DNA from: an uncultured Spirochaetales bacterium
Lineage (GTDB): Bacteria > Myxococcota_A > UBA9160 > PR03
Direction: 5' to 3'
Assembly: GCA_964353555.1 (NCBI GenBank)
Contig: CAYGWM010000002.1
Span: 34,379-98,378 of the forward strand
Length of the DNA stretch: 64,000 nucleotides
Part shown: in pieces, positions 12,534 to 23,856 of the stretch
Layout: each line of letters starts with the position of its first letter
How positions within the stretch are numbered: position 1 is the stretch's first letter
Position numbers and translations under genes: made by a program
Notes under the pieces: generated by a model
Told to the model about the DNA's origin: nothing
The model's input: only the letters and a program-made list of their open reading frames with translations
Databases searched by the model: none

Positions 12534-14144
12534 ATGAGCGATCGCGCGACCAAGTTCATCTTCGTGACGGGTGGCGTGCTTTCGTCGCTCGGAAAAGGCC
12601 TTGCCTCCGCATCGGTCGGTGCGCTGCTCGAAGCGCGCGGCCTTCGCGTTTCGTTCTTGAAGCTCGACCCGTACCTGAACGTCGACCCGGGAACGATGAA
12701 CCCGTTCCAGCACGGCGAAGTGTTCGTCACCGAAGACGGCGCCGAGACCGATCTCGACCTCGGTCACTACGAACGCTTCACCACCGCCACGATGGGCAAG
12801 ATCAACAACGTCACGGCCGGCAAGGTCTACGAGACGGTGATCAACAAGGAGCGTCACGGCGAGTATCTCGGTGGCACGGTGCAGGTGATCCCGCACGTCA
12901 CCGACGAGATCAAACGCCGCATCCATACCGCGGCGGCGGGTGTGGATCTGTTGTTGGTCGAGGTGGGCGGTACCGTGGGCGACATCGAGTCGTTGCCGTT
13001 CCTGGAGGCGATCCGCCAGTTCCGCGCCGACGTCGGCCGCGAGAACGTGCTCTACATGCACATCGCGCTGGTCCCGTACGTCGCGACGGCCGGTGAGCTG
13101 AAGACGAAGCCGGTGCAGCACTCGGTGAAGGAACTGCGCGCGGCGGGCATCTCGCCCGACGTGATCGTCTGCCGCACCGACCGCTTCCTGCCGCGCTCGG
13201 TCAAACAGAAAGTGGCGCTCTTCTGCGACGTCGATGACGACGCGGTGATCACGGCCAAGGACGTCGAGTCGATCTACGAGGTACCGCTGATCCTGCATGA
13301 TGAGGGGCTCGACGAGAAGGTCACGAAGCTTCTCAACATCTGGACCGGACGTCCCAACCTCGAAAAGTGGCAGCGACTCGTGGAGACGGTGAAGAACCCC
13401 GAGCGCACCGTCCGGATCGCGATGGTCGGCAAGTACGTGGATCTCACGGAGTCGTACAAGAGCCTCAACGAGGCGCTCTATCACGCCGGCTTCGCGCACA
13501 AGGCACGCGTCGTGATCGAGTACATCGATTCAGAGAAGCTCTCGGACCCGGCGCTGATCGCGGACGTCGACGGGATCCTGGTTCCGCACGGTTTCGGCGC
13601 GCGCGGGGTCGAAGGCAAGATCGTCGCGATCCGCCACGCGCGCGAGCAGAAGGTTCCGTACTTCGGGATCTGCTTCGGCATGCAGCTGGCCGTGATCGAG
13701 TTCGCGCGCCACGTGGCCGGCCTCGTTGGCGCCAGCTCGATCGAGATCGATCCCGAGACGCCCTACCCGGTGATCGACCTGATGCCGGAGCAGCGCCAGG
13801 TTTCCGAGAAAGGCGCGACGATGCGACTCGGCGCCTATCCCTGCGTGTTGCGCCAGGGCACCAAGGCGTACGCCGCGTATGGCACCGCGCAGATCTCCGA
13901 ACGCCACCGGCATCGCTACGAAGTCAATCCGGACCTGCGCGATCAGCTCTCGCGTGCCGGGCTGGTCTTCTCGGGAATCTCGCCGGACGGGCGCCTCGTC
14001 GAAGTGATCGAACTCGAGAACCACCCGTGGTTCCTGGGCTGCCAGTATCACCCGGAGTTCAAGTCTCGACCGTTCGCCGCGCACCCGCTCTTCGACGCGT
14101 TCGTGTCGGCCGCGATCGCCAACCAGCGCGCGCGAAAGACCTGA
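12534..14144 (+). CDS. pyrG: CTP synthase
   Basis: [51 protein letters not shown], and a C-terminal GATase with GICFGMQ and HRHRYEVN. Confidence 0.96.
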   Translation: MSDRATKFIFVTGGVLSSLGKGLASASVGALLEARGLRVSFLKLDPYLNVDPGTMNPFQHGEVFVTEDGAETDLDLGHYERFTTATMGKINNVTAGKVYETVINKERHGEYLGGTVQVIPHVTDEIKRRIHTAAAGVDLLLVEVGGTVGDIESLPFLEAIRQFRADVGRENVLYMHIALVPYVATAGELKTKPVQHSVKELRAAGISPDVIVCRTDRFLPRSVKQKVALFCDVDDDAVITAKDVESIYEVPLILHDEGLDEKVTKLLNIWTGRPNLEKWQRLVETVKNPERTVRIAMVGKYVDLTESYKSLNEALYHAGFAHKARVVIEYIDSEKLSDPALIADVDGILVPHGFGARGVEGKIVAIRHAREQKVPYFGICFGMQLAVIEFARHVAGLVGASSIEIDPETPYPVIDLMPEQRQVSEKGATMRLGAYPCVLRQGTKAYAAYGTAQISERHRHRYEVNPDLRDQLSRAGLVFSGISPDGRLVEVIELENHPWFLGCQYHPEFKSRPFAAHPLFDAFVSAAIANQRARKT

Positions 14145-14208
14145 ACGTGCCGCGGGTTGCCACGGCTTCGCTCGTCGCCTAAAACCCTGCGGCGCTGGTG
14201 GTGGAAAC

Positions 14209-14284
14209 GGGACGTTAGCTCAGTTGGTAGAGCGCCGTGTTCACACCGCGGAGGTCACTGGTTCGAGCCCAGTACGTCCCACCA
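14209..14284 (+). tRNA. tRNA-Val (anticodon CAC), CCA encoded
   Basis: Hand-folded cloverleaf. Acceptor GGGACGT/ACGTCCC, D-arm AGCTCAGTTGGTAGAGC, anticodon stem CCGTG/CGCGG with loop TTCACAC, T-arm ACTGG-TTCGAGC-CCAGT, then ACCA. Confidence 0.9.
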
Positions 14285-14364
14285 CCCTGCAAGCCGTCCT
14301 CGGCGCGCAGCGAGGCGAAGCCGAGCGAAGATCATCAGGACGCGATCGCCTTTGCAAGGTCTCC

Positions 14365-14441
14365 GGCCCAGTAGCTCAGTTGGATAGAGCGCTTGCCTCC
14401 GAAGCAAGAGGTCGCAGGTTCGATTCCTGCCTGGGTCACCA
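14365..14441 (+). tRNA. tRNA-Arg (anticodon CCG), CCA encoded
   Basis: Acceptor GGCCCAG/CTGGGTC (one G-T pair), D-arm TAGCTCAGTTGGATAGAGC, anticodon stem CTTGC/GCAAG with loop CTCCGAA, T-arm GCAGG-TTCGATT-CCTGC, then ACCA. Confidence 0.9.
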
Positions 14442-14472
14442 CACCAATTCGCGTCGATCCGGTGCCACGGGA

Positions 14473-14980
14473 TCAAGTCTCCTGGAGACCGCGCACCATC
14501 AGGATCTTCCCGGAGCGGACCAACTCGCGCATGCCGTAGGGACGCAGCAGCGCGATGAAGGCGTCGAGCTTCTCGCTGTCGCCGTAGACGCGCAGGATCA
14601 GCGACTGCTGGCCGTAGTCGGTCACCTTCGCGCCGAAGTTCTCGGCGATCTGCAGGATCTCGGTGCGCTCGTGCAGATCGGCGCACAGCTTGACCAGCGC
14701 GATCTCGGTTTCGTACGCGTCGCCGCCGGTGTGGTCGGTCGCGTGCACGACGTCGATCAGTTTCTGGAGCTGCTTGATGATCTGCTCGAGCGTGGCGGGA
14801 TCGCCGCTGCAGGTGATCGTCATCCGCGAGAAGTCGCCGTCGACGGTCGGGGAGACGACGAGACTCTCGATGTTGTAGCCGCGCCGCGAGAACACCAGCG
14901 CCACGCGCACCAGCACGCCCGGCTTGTTGTTGACGAAGAGCGAGATGGTGTGGATGTCGTCGCGCGTTCGGAGGCTCAGT

Positions 14981-14994
<14 letters not shown>
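14473..14994 (-). CDS. ilvN: Acetolactate synthase small (regulatory) subunit
   Basis: HTISLFVNNKPGVLVRVALVFSRRGYNIESLVV (ACT domain), and a C-terminal ALS_ss_C-like region. TTG start overlaps the ilvB end by 14 nt. Confidence 0.9.
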
Positions 14995-16696
<1,702 letters not shown>

Positions 16697-16883
16697 CGGC
16701 TCTCCGTCACCATTTTGGTGGACGCAGACTAGAAGATGGCGTTTCGATCGGCAAATCGGTGCGAGTGAAGCAATTCCTGGCGGGATTCTCGCGTTCAGAA
16801 ACAGAAGCTGCGAGGACAGCAGGGTCGTATGGCGAAATCAGCGGGAATTTTTCCGGAACTTGCGAGCCCCGTGGGGATTCTGG

Positions 16884-18110
16884 TCAGATCTTTGATCCCA
16901 ACAGTGAGGCAATCGGGTCGATCGTGGACGCCTCCTCGCGCAGTTGCTCGCCGACCTCTCGTGCCCGCTCGGCGACGAACTCGTTGTCGAGGATCGTGCT
17001 GAGCGTCCCAATCAGGCCGGGTGCGTCGAGCCGGCTGCGGCGGATCGAAGGGGCCCCGAGACCCAGCAGAGCCACGCGCCGCGCCCAATAGAACTGGTCG
17101 GCCAGATGTGGCACGACCAGCTGCGGCACGCCGCTGCGTGCGGCCGTCGTGGTGGTCCCGGCGCCGCCGTGATGAACGACGGCCGCGCAGCGCGCGAAGA
17201 GCTCTGGGTGGGAGACCGCCCCGACTTCCATCACGCCCTCGGGCAGCGCCGTGCCGCCGAGTTCCGCCCAGCCGGCGCCGATCACGGCGCGGCAGCCGAT
17301 CGCGGCGATCGCATCGAGCAGCACGCGCGTGGTCGCCGCGGGTCGGGCATCCGGCATGCTGCCGAAGCCGAAATAGACGGGCGCCGGGCCCGCTTCGAGG
17401 AACGACACGAGCTTGGCGGGGAGCGCCTCGCCTCCGAGCGGGTGCAGCGCGGGGATCTGGTCGAGTTGCAGCGGCGCAACGGAGCGTGCGTCTGCGAACA
17501 CCGAGTCGACCGCCAGCAGCGGCCGGTCGCTGAACAGCAGTTGCAACAGATCGCCGGCAGCTGCGAGGCCGACGTGACGCCGCGCAGGCGCGAGCACGCG
17601 CCCGATCGCCATCTGCACGGGCGCCATCAGCAGCGGCCAGAGCGCTCGATTCGCCCAACCCGGCAGGCTCTGCCAGGGCGAGAAGATCGGTCCGTGTTCG
17701 CGAGACGGAAACAGCGCCGCGCAGTACGCGACATAGCGATACGCGACCCCATTTCGCTCTGCCGCGCTCGAGGCCGCGATCTCGGGACCGCCGCCGACGA
17801 CCAGGTCGGCGCCGCGCGTCACCTCGATCAGCTCGCTGAGTCGCGCGTTCAGCTGCTGGCGCATATGGCGGATCATCTCCGTCATCAGCGTCATCGGATT
17901 GCGTCCCAACAGATTGGCGCGCGCCACCAGGAAGTCGCGGCAGCTCGGTCCGAGCGAGTGGAACGCGACGCCGCGCGCGAGCGCTTGCGCCTCGAAGTCG
18001 GGCGGCCCGCACACGAGCGCGTCATGCCCCGCCGCGCGCAGCCGCGATCCCAGCTCGATCATCGGCTGCAGGTCGCCCCGAGTTCCCTCGGCGGCCAGTA
18101 CGATGCGCAT
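16884..18110 (-). CDS. Glycosyltransferase family 1 (MGT/UDP-glycosyltransferase type)
   Basis: MRIVLAAEGTRGDLQPMIELGSRLRAAGHDALV (GT28-like N-domain) and C-terminal VSHPELFARCAAVVHHGGAGTTTTAARSGVPQLVVPHLADQFYWA (UDP-sugar binding). Start chosen at the internal ATG 18110; ATG 18140 is also possible. The track start at 18263 would overlap the neighbouring remnant. Confidence 0.8.
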   Translation of the reverse strand: MRIVLAAEGTRGDLQPMIELGSRLRAAGHDALVCGPPDFEAQALARGVAFHSLGPSCRDFLVARANLLGRNPMTLMTEMIRHMRQQLNARLSELIEVTRGADLVVGGGPEIAASSAAERNGVAYRYVAYCAALFPSREHGPIFSPWQSLPGWANRALWPLLMAPVQMAIGRVLAPARRHVGLAAAGDLLQLLFSDRPLLAVDSVFADARSVAPLQLDQIPALHPLGGEALPAKLVSFLEAGPAPVYFGFGSMPDARPAATTRVLLDAIAAIGCRAVIGAGWAELGGTALPEGVMEVGAVSHPELFARCAAVVHHGGAGTTTTAARSGVPQLVVPHLADQFYWARRVALLGLGAPSIRRSRLDAPGLIGTLSTILDNEFVAERAREVGEQLREEASTIDPIASLLGSKI

Positions 18111-18244
18111 CGGTTCGGCCTCCAGTTGACCGTCCGCCATCGATCCATCAGGCCGCGTGCTTGAGTCGAAGGGCCGATTCCGATCGTGACGCGCTGCCAG
18201 CACCCGCGAGGCGCCGCGCCCGAGATCGGCGCCAGCAGCCTCGG

Positions 18245-18577
18245 TCAGAGCCCGCGCGCCCACTCCGGTCGCAGCGCGATCACACTGGTCTGCAATCCCG
18301 CGGCATGCGCGCGCCGCGCCGCTTCGACGTGATCGGCGAAGGTTCCACCCTTGGCGATCCGCTTCAGCGTCACGTCGTCGCCCGACTCGGGGCCGAGGTA
18401 GAGCAACGACAGTCCTTCTGCACGCAGCCGCACCAGTTCAGTGTCCGTTTTCTCGAGGACGTTGCGCGCCATCGCGTAGCACGAAACGCGGCGGAGCTGT
18501 GGAAGCTGCTCGCGCGCGACCTCGAGCATCGGCAGCCAGTGATCCAGCGGAAGCACGAGCGCGTCGCCGTCCGCCAC
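18245..18577 (-). pseudogene. Radical SAM enzyme remnant (central TIM-barrel segment only)
   Basis: The 110-aa ORF ADGDALVLPLDHWLPMLEVAREQLPQLRRVSCYAMARNVLEKTDTELVRLRAEGLSLLYLGPESGDDVTLKRIAKGGTFADHVEAARRAHAAGL matches the middle of about 300-aa radical SAM proteins. The N-terminal CxxxCxxC segment and the C-terminal third are absent. There is no room for them between uvrA (ends 18626) and the GT1 gene. Confidence 0.55.
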
Positions 18578-18625
18578 GAAGAGCGTCTCGATGCGGTCGC
18601 CTGCGACTGCGGCCTTCGTAACGCA

Positions 18626-21487
18626 TCACGAAGGCCCAGAAGCGCGCCGCCGGCCGGGCGCCGGCCTTGCGCCCAACAGCGGCGCGAGGTGTCGTCCGGT
18701 GTGCGATGCGCGCACGCGCGCCACCTGTTCGGGCGTTCCCTGCGCGACCACATGACCGCCGAGCGGCCCGCCTTCGGGACCGAGGTCGAGCACCCAGTCG
18801 GCGCACTTCACGACGTCGAGGTTGTGTTCGATCACGACCACCGTGTTGCCGGTATCGACGAGGCGCTGCAGCACTTCGAGCAATTTGCGCACGTCGTCGA
18901 AGTGGAGGCCGGTGGTCGGCTCGTCGAGGATGTACAGCGTCTTGCCGGTGCCGCGCCGCGACAGTTCGCGCGCCAGCTTGATGCGCTGCGCTTCGCCGCC
19001 CGAGAGCGTCGGCGAAGGCTGGCCGAGGTGCAGGTAGTCGAGGCCCACGTCGGCGAGCAACGCGAGCGGCTCGCGCACGCGCGGATGCGCGGCAAAGATT
19101 TCGAGCGCCTCGCGGACGGTCAGATCGAGCACGTCCGCGATCGACTTCTCCTTGTAGCGGACCGCGAGCGTGGCTTCGTTGAAGCGACGGCCCTGACACG
19201 CCTCGCAGTGGACGTACACGTCCGGCAGGAAGTGCATCTCGATCTGCTTCATGCCGTCGCCCTGGCAGGCTTCGCAGCGACCGCCCTTCACGTTGAACGA
19301 GAAGCGACCGGGCTTGTAGCCCTGCACGCGCGCGCCCGGCAGTTGCGCGAAGAATGAGCGGATCGCGTCGAAGACCTTGATGTAGGTGACCGGATTGCTG
19401 CGCGGCGTGCGACCGATCGGGCGCTGATCGATCGCGATCACCTTGTCGAGCTGCGCGAGGCCCTCGATCGCGCGATGCCGACCGGCGCGCTGCGACGAGG
19501 CGTGGAAGCGGCGCGCGAGCGCCGGGTAGAGCACGTCGTTCACCAGTGTCGACTTGCCGGCGCCCGAGACACCGGTCACGGCGACGAGCACGCCGAGTGG
19601 GAACAGGGCGTCGAGGTCGCGCAGGTTGTTTTCACTCGCGCCCCGCACCCACAGCGCGCCGCTCGGCTTGCGACGCTGGGCGGGCACCGCGATGCGTGTG
19701 CGGCCAGAGAGATAGGCGCCGGTGAGCGAGCGGGCGTTCTTCGCCAGCGACGCGGGCGTGCCCGCATGCACGATCTGACCGCCCTTTACGCCCGCACCGG
19801 GACCGAAATCGATCACCCAGTCGGCGCTGCGGATCGTCTCCTCATCGTGTTCGACCACGACGACGGTGTTCCCGATGTCGCGCAGGTGGAAGAGCGTCTC
19901 GAGCAGGCGCTGGTTGTCGCGTGAATGGAGCCCGATCGACGGCTCGTCGAGAATGTAGACGACGCCGGTGAGTTCGGAGCCGACCTGCGACGCGAGCCGG
20001 ATGCGTTGCGACTCGCCGCCCGACAGCGAAGGACCCGCGCGGTCGAGCGAGAGGTAGCCGAGCCCCACCGCGCCGAGGAAGTCGAGACGGTTGCGGATCT
20101 CCTTCAACAACTCGACGGCGATCTTCTGGGCCGCGCCGTCGAGCCGGAGTTCGGTGAAGAACGTGCGCGCGTCGTCGATCGTCAGCGCCGAGATTTCGAC
20201 GATCGTGCGGCCCGCGACGCGCACGCCGGCGCTCTCCGCGCGCAGTCGCGTGCCGCGGCAGGTGGAGCAGGGACTGTCGGCGAGGAACTGCGCGTACCAG
20301 CGCTTCGCGCTTTCGGAGCTGCTCTCGAGGAAGCGGCGCATCAAACGCGGCAGCACGCCTTCCCAGTCCATCACGAAGGTCGCTTCACCGCCCTTCTTGC
20401 CGGCCCACTTCACCTTGAACTTGCGATCGCCGGCGCCGTGCAGCACGAGTTCGCGGTGGCGCTTGCTGAGCCTGCTCCACGGCAAGTCGAACGGAACCCC
20501 GAGCTGTACCAGGATCTGCGTGCGCAAACCCGACCAGCTGGTCTTCTCCGAGATCTCCTTGCCCCACGACTTGACAGCGCCTTCGTCGATCGTCAGCGAC
20601 TCGTCGGGCACCACCAGCGCGGGATCGATCTCGACGCGCACGCCCAGGCCGTTGCAGTCGACGCACATGCCTTGCGGGCTGTTGAACGAGAACGCCTGCG
20701 GCGTCAGTTCCGGGAACGACAGGTTGCAGCCCGCGCACGCCATCTTCTCGGAGTAGACGCGATCCTTGCCGTCGCGGTGGGCGATCAGCGTGCCTTCGCC
20801 TTTTCGCAGCGCCTGCTCGACCGAATCGGTGACGCGCCCGCGCTGGCCCGCGCCGACGACGAGGCGGTCGACTACCACCTCGAGGTGGTGTTTCTTGCGC
20901 TTGTCGAGCGCATCGAGGCCCTCGCTCTCGATGATCCCGCCGTCGACGCGTAGCCGCACGAAGCCGGCCTGCCGCAGCTCTGCCAGTAGCTCACGGTGTT
21001 CGCCCTTGCGGTTCACCAGCACCGGCGCGAGTAGCACGACGCGCGTGCCGCTCGGCGCCGCGAGGATCTCCTTCGCGATCTGCTCGGCCGTCTGCGAATG
21101 GACTGCCTTCCCGCAGCGGTGGCAGTGCTGCACGCCGACGCGCGCGAACAGCACGCGCAGATAGTCCGAGATCTCGGTGATGGTGCCGACCGTCGAGCGC
21201 GGGTTGGTGCCGGTCGTCTTCTGCTCGATCGAGATCGTCGGCGAGAGCCCGCGGATCGAGTCGTACTTCGGCTTCTCCATCTGTCCGAGGAACTGGCGCG
21301 CATAGGCGGACAGCGACTCGACGTAGCGCCGCTGCCCCTCGGCGTACAGCGTGTCGAACGCCAGCGACGACTTGCCCGACCCCGAGACGCCCGTCAGCAC
21401 CACGAGCTGCTTCTTCGGGATGCGCACGTCGACGCCCTGCAGGTTGTGCTCGCGCGCGCCGCGGATCTGGATGTGGTCGAGTTCCAT
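18626..21487 (-). CDS. uvrA: Excinuclease ABC subunit A
   Basis: IRGAREHNLQGVDVRIPKKQLVVLTGVSGSGKSSLAFDTLYAEGQRRYVESLSAYARQFLG, two ABC modules, zinc-finger cysteines (CxxC pairs) and LSGGE signatures. 953 aa. Confidence 0.97.
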   Translation of the reverse strand: MELDHIQIRGAREHNLQGVDVRIPKKQLVVLTGVSGSGKSSLAFDTLYAEGQRRYVESLSAYARQFLGQMEKPKYDSIRGLSPTISIEQKTTGTNPRSTVGTITEISDYLRVLFARVGVQHCHRCGKAVHSQTAEQIAKEILAAPSGTRVVLLAPVLVNRKGEHRELLAELRQAGFVRLRVDGGIIESEGLDALDKRKKHHLEVVVDRLVVGAGQRGRVTDSVEQALRKGEGTLIAHRDGKDRVYSEKMACAGCNLSFPELTPQAFSFNSPQGMCVDCNGLGVRVEIDPALVVPDESLTIDEGAVKSWGKEISEKTSWSGLRTQILVQLGVPFDLPWSRLSKRHRELVLHGAGDRKFKVKWAGKKGGEATFVMDWEGVLPRLMRRFLESSSESAKRWYAQFLADSPCSTCRGTRLRAESAGVRVAGRTIVEISALTIDDARTFFTELRLDGAAQKIAVELLKEIRNRLDFLGAVGLGYLSLDRAGPSLSGGESQRIRLASQVGSELTGVVYILDEPSIGLHSRDNQRLLETLFHLRDIGNTVVVVEHDEETIRSADWVIDFGPGAGVKGGQIVHAGTPASLAKNARSLTGAYLSGRTRIAVPAQRRKPSGALWVRGASENNLRDLDALFPLGVLVAVTGVSGAGKSTLVNDVLYPALARRFHASSQRAGRHRAIEGLAQLDKVIAIDQRPIGRTPRSNPVTYIKVFDAIRSFFAQLPGARVQGYKPGRFSFNVKGGRCEACQGDGMKQIEMHFLPDVYVHCEACQGRRFNEATLAVRYKEKSIADVLDLTVREALEIFAAHPRVREPLALLADVGLDYLHLGQPSPTLSGGEAQRIKLARELSRRGTGKTLYILDEPTTGLHFDDVRKLLEVLQRLVDTGNTVVVIEHNLDVVKCADWVLDLGPEGGPLGGHVVAQGTPEQVARVRASHTGRHLAPLLGARPAPGRRRASGPS

Positions 21488-21539
21488 GCGAATCGCCAGA
21501 GTAGCCGCGCGGATCGGCGTCGCCGCGTATCATCACGCA

Positions 21540-22262
21540 ATGCAAAATCACGCGATGCGAACCCGGTCCGGACTGGCTCTGGCGCTCGTCGCGGTTACCG
21601 CGGTGGGAGCGGCAATGACTGCACACGAAACGGAGCGGCGGCGCATGGTCGACGAGCAGATCGAGGCGCGGGAGATCGTGGATCCGCGCGTGCTGGCCGC
21701 GATGCGACAGGTGCCGCGCCACGAGTTCGTCCCGGCCGCCGAGCGCGCCCACGCCTACGAGGACCGTCCGCTGCCGATCGGCGAGGGGCAGACGATCAGC
21801 CAGCCCTACATCGTGGCGCTGATGACGCAGTTGGCCGCCGTTGGTCCCGGCTCGAAGGTCCTCGAGGTGGGGACCGGATCGGGCTACCAGGCCGCCGTGC
21901 TCGCGGCCTGTGGAGCCGAGGTCTACTCGATCGAGATCGTCGATGCGCTGGCGAAGCGCGCCCAGCACGATCTCGCGCGGCTCGGCATCGAGAACGTCCA
22001 CGTCCGCAGCGGCGACGGCTACCGCGGCTGGCCGGAGGTCGCGCCGTTCGACGCGATCGTCGTCACGGCCGCCGCACCGCAGGTGCCCCCCGCGTTGCTC
22101 TCGCAGCTTCGCATCGGTGGCCGGCTGGTGATTCCCGTCGGCGAGACGTGGCAGGCGCAGACGCTGCAAGTGCACACGCGTACCGAAACCGGATTCGATG
22201 TGCATGACGTCGTGCCGGTGCGCTTCGTGCCGATGACCGGCGCGGTGCGCGGCAAACCCTGA
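21540..22262 (+). CDS. pcm: Protein-L-isoaspartate O-methyltransferase with hydrophobic N-terminal extension
   Basis: VPRHEFVP..AY.D.PLPIGEGQTISQPYIVALMT..VLEVGTGSGYQAAVLA..GGRLVIPVG. Start at ATG 21540 or 21555. The track ORF 21351.. is over-extended into the uvrA divergent region. Confidence 0.9.
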   Translation: MQNHAMRTRSGLALALVAVTAVGAAMTAHETERRRMVDEQIEAREIVDPRVLAAMRQVPRHEFVPAAERAHAYEDRPLPIGEGQTISQPYIVALMTQLAAVGPGSKVLEVGTGSGYQAAVLAACGAEVYSIEIVDALAKRAQHDLARLGIENVHVRSGDGYRGWPEVAPFDAIVVTAAAPQVPPALLSQLRIGGRLVIPVGETWQAQTLQVHTRTETGFDVHDVVPVRFVPMTGAVRGKP

Positions 22263-22272
22263 AGGAGCCCCT

Positions 22273-23073
22273 TTGCACTACGAACAGATCACCGTCGAGC
22301 GCCTCGGTGAGGTTTCGCTCGTCACGTTGAACCGGCCCGAGCGGCTGAACGCCTGGACGCCGCGGATGAGTGTCGAACTCGCCGACGCGATCGAACGCGC
22401 CAACCAGGACCGCGAGGTCGGCGCGATCGTCGTGACCGGCGCGGGACGCGGCTTCTGCGCCGGCGCGGACATGAGCGACACATTCGAGGCGCGCATCGAC
22501 GGCCGCGATCCTGGCGAGGACACGGCGGGCGGCGAGGGCGGTCTCCCGCGCGGGCTCGACTGGGTGGCGCTGGTACGCGCGTCGAAGCCGCTCGTTGCCG
22601 CGGTGAACGGCGCGGCGGTCGGCGTCGGCCTGACGATGATCCTGCCGTTCGACGTGATCGTCGCTTCGGAGCGCGCCCGCTTCGGGATGTTCTTCATCAA
22701 GATGGGGCTCGTGCCCGAGCTGGCGAGCACGCACTTCCTGGTGCAGCGGATGGGCTTCGGGCGCGCCAGCGAGATGTGTCTCTCGGGCCGGCTCTACGCC
22801 GCGGGCGAAGCCTACGAGAAGGGTCTCGCCGATCGCCTGGTGCCGCACGACGACGTTGCGCAGCAGGCGATCGCGCTCGCTCGCGAGATCGGCGCCAATC
22901 CCGCTCCGCAACTGCGGATGACCAAGCAGTTGCTGACGCGGAATGGTTCTGCGACGGATCTCAGCGAGATCCAGCGCGCAGAGACCCGTCTGCTGCGCGA
23001 GTGCTGGGAGACGCCCGAGCACAAGGAAGCGGTGCGCGCCTTCCTGGAGAAGCGACCGCCGAAGTTCGCGTAG
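22273..23073 (+). CDS. Enoyl-CoA hydratase/isomerase (crotonase) family protein
   Basis: VTLNRPERLNAW..VVTGAGRGFCAGADM..AAVNGAAVGVGLTMILPFD..F..GLVPE is the crotonase fold signature. Confidence 0.88.
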   Translation: MHYEQITVERLGEVSLVTLNRPERLNAWTPRMSVELADAIERANQDREVGAIVVTGAGRGFCAGADMSDTFEARIDGRDPGEDTAGGEGGLPRGLDWVALVRASKPLVAAVNGAAVGVGLTMILPFDVIVASERARFGMFFIKMGLVPELASTHFLVQRMGFGRASEMCLSGRLYAAGEAYEKGLADRLVPHDDVAQQAIALAREIGANPAPQLRMTKQLLTRNGSATDLSEIQRAETRLLRECWETPEHKEAVRAFLEKRPPKFA

Positions 23074-23079
23074 CGGGAA

Positions 23080-23835
23080 TCAGAGCCGATACGCCTTCGC
23101 GCGCTCCGCGATGTAGCGCTGCAACGCGATGGTGGCTTCGGGTGAAACCTCGGTGAATCGGACACCCATTCCGACGGGTGCGTTCGGCAGGCGCATGTTA
23201 CCGGGGACGTTGTTCCACATCACGAGGCCGTGGATTTCGATTTCGCCACCTTCCAGTGGAACCTGCATCGTCAGCGTTCCGCTGCGCATCGCCGGCCGTG
23301 GCGTCGCCAGATAGGCGCCGAGTGTCGAGAGGTTGCAGACCACGGCTACGCGTTCTCCGGTTTTCGTCGTGACACGCGCGCGGATCAGGGTTGGAACGCG
23401 TTGCTCGATGCGCAGGACTTCCGGAGAGCCGGCATGGTGCGCTTCGCTCACGACGAAGCGCAGATCCTCGTCGCTGAACGGGTCGAAGAGCGCGAAGTGC
23501 ACGCCGGCGCCGCGTAGCATCGCCAGCTCCGAATCGCCGGGCCGGCGTCCAATCGCGATCCATTGCATGGGTTGGGGAGAGAGCGTGGCGATCTCGCGCA
23601 GCGCCGCTGCGGGGTCGGCCAGACCGTGATCGCTGGCGAGCAGGCCGACCCGAATCGGCGGCAGAGCCAGCGCGAGCATGCGCAGCGCTGCGGCCACGTC
23701 CGTGGCTCCCGCCGCGCGGTAGCCGAGCAGCAGCAGATGGCCGGCCAGAAAGCGCGCGCGCTCGGCGGGACCGAGGATCAGCACCTGCTGCCGCGCGTTG
23801 GTGTCTGTCCCGCTCACGGAAGTGGCATCGGTCAT
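23080..23835 (-). CDS. PilZ domain protein with N-terminal receiver-like region
   Basis: The C-terminal domain has both PilZ c-di-GMP motifs: RIEQR (RxxxR) and NLSTLGA (D/NxSxxG). The N-terminal ~120 aa resembles a degenerate CheY-like fold (QVLILGP...VGLLASD). Confidence 0.7.
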   Translation of the reverse strand: MTDATSVSGTDTNARQQVLILGPAERARFLAGHLLLLGYRAAGATDVAAALRMLALALPPIRVGLLASDHGLADPAAALREIATLSPQPMQWIAIGRRPGDSELAMLRGAGVHFALFDPFSDEDLRFVVSEAHHAGSPEVLRIEQRVPTLIRARVTTKTGERVAVVCNLSTLGAYLATPRPAMRSGTLTMQVPLEGGEIEIHGLVMWNNVPGNMRLPNAPVGMGVRFTEVSPEATIALQRYIAERAKAYRL

Positions 23836-23856
23836 CGCGCGGGGAGCCTTGACGGG

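Noticed and set aside
14145-14472. tRNA-Val/tRNA-Arg locus as an integration site for a mobile element
   Set aside because: No integrase, no direct repeat of a tRNA 3' end and no compositional break were seen. The flanks are pyrG and ilvN, both core genes.
16697-16883. Leader-peptide attenuator upstream of ilvB in the 187-nt lower-GC intergenic region
   Set aside because: I found no short ORF rich in Ile/Leu/Val codons and no alternative terminator/antiterminator stems. It is probably just the promoter region plus the GGAG ribosome-binding site.
18611-18636. Hairpin GGCCTTCG-N10-CGAAGGCC as an intrinsic terminator of uvrA
   Set aside because: The stem is real, but the uvrA stop codon lies in its loop and no U-tract follows on the mRNA strand. 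It is noted within the rSAM-remnant finding and not called as a feature.
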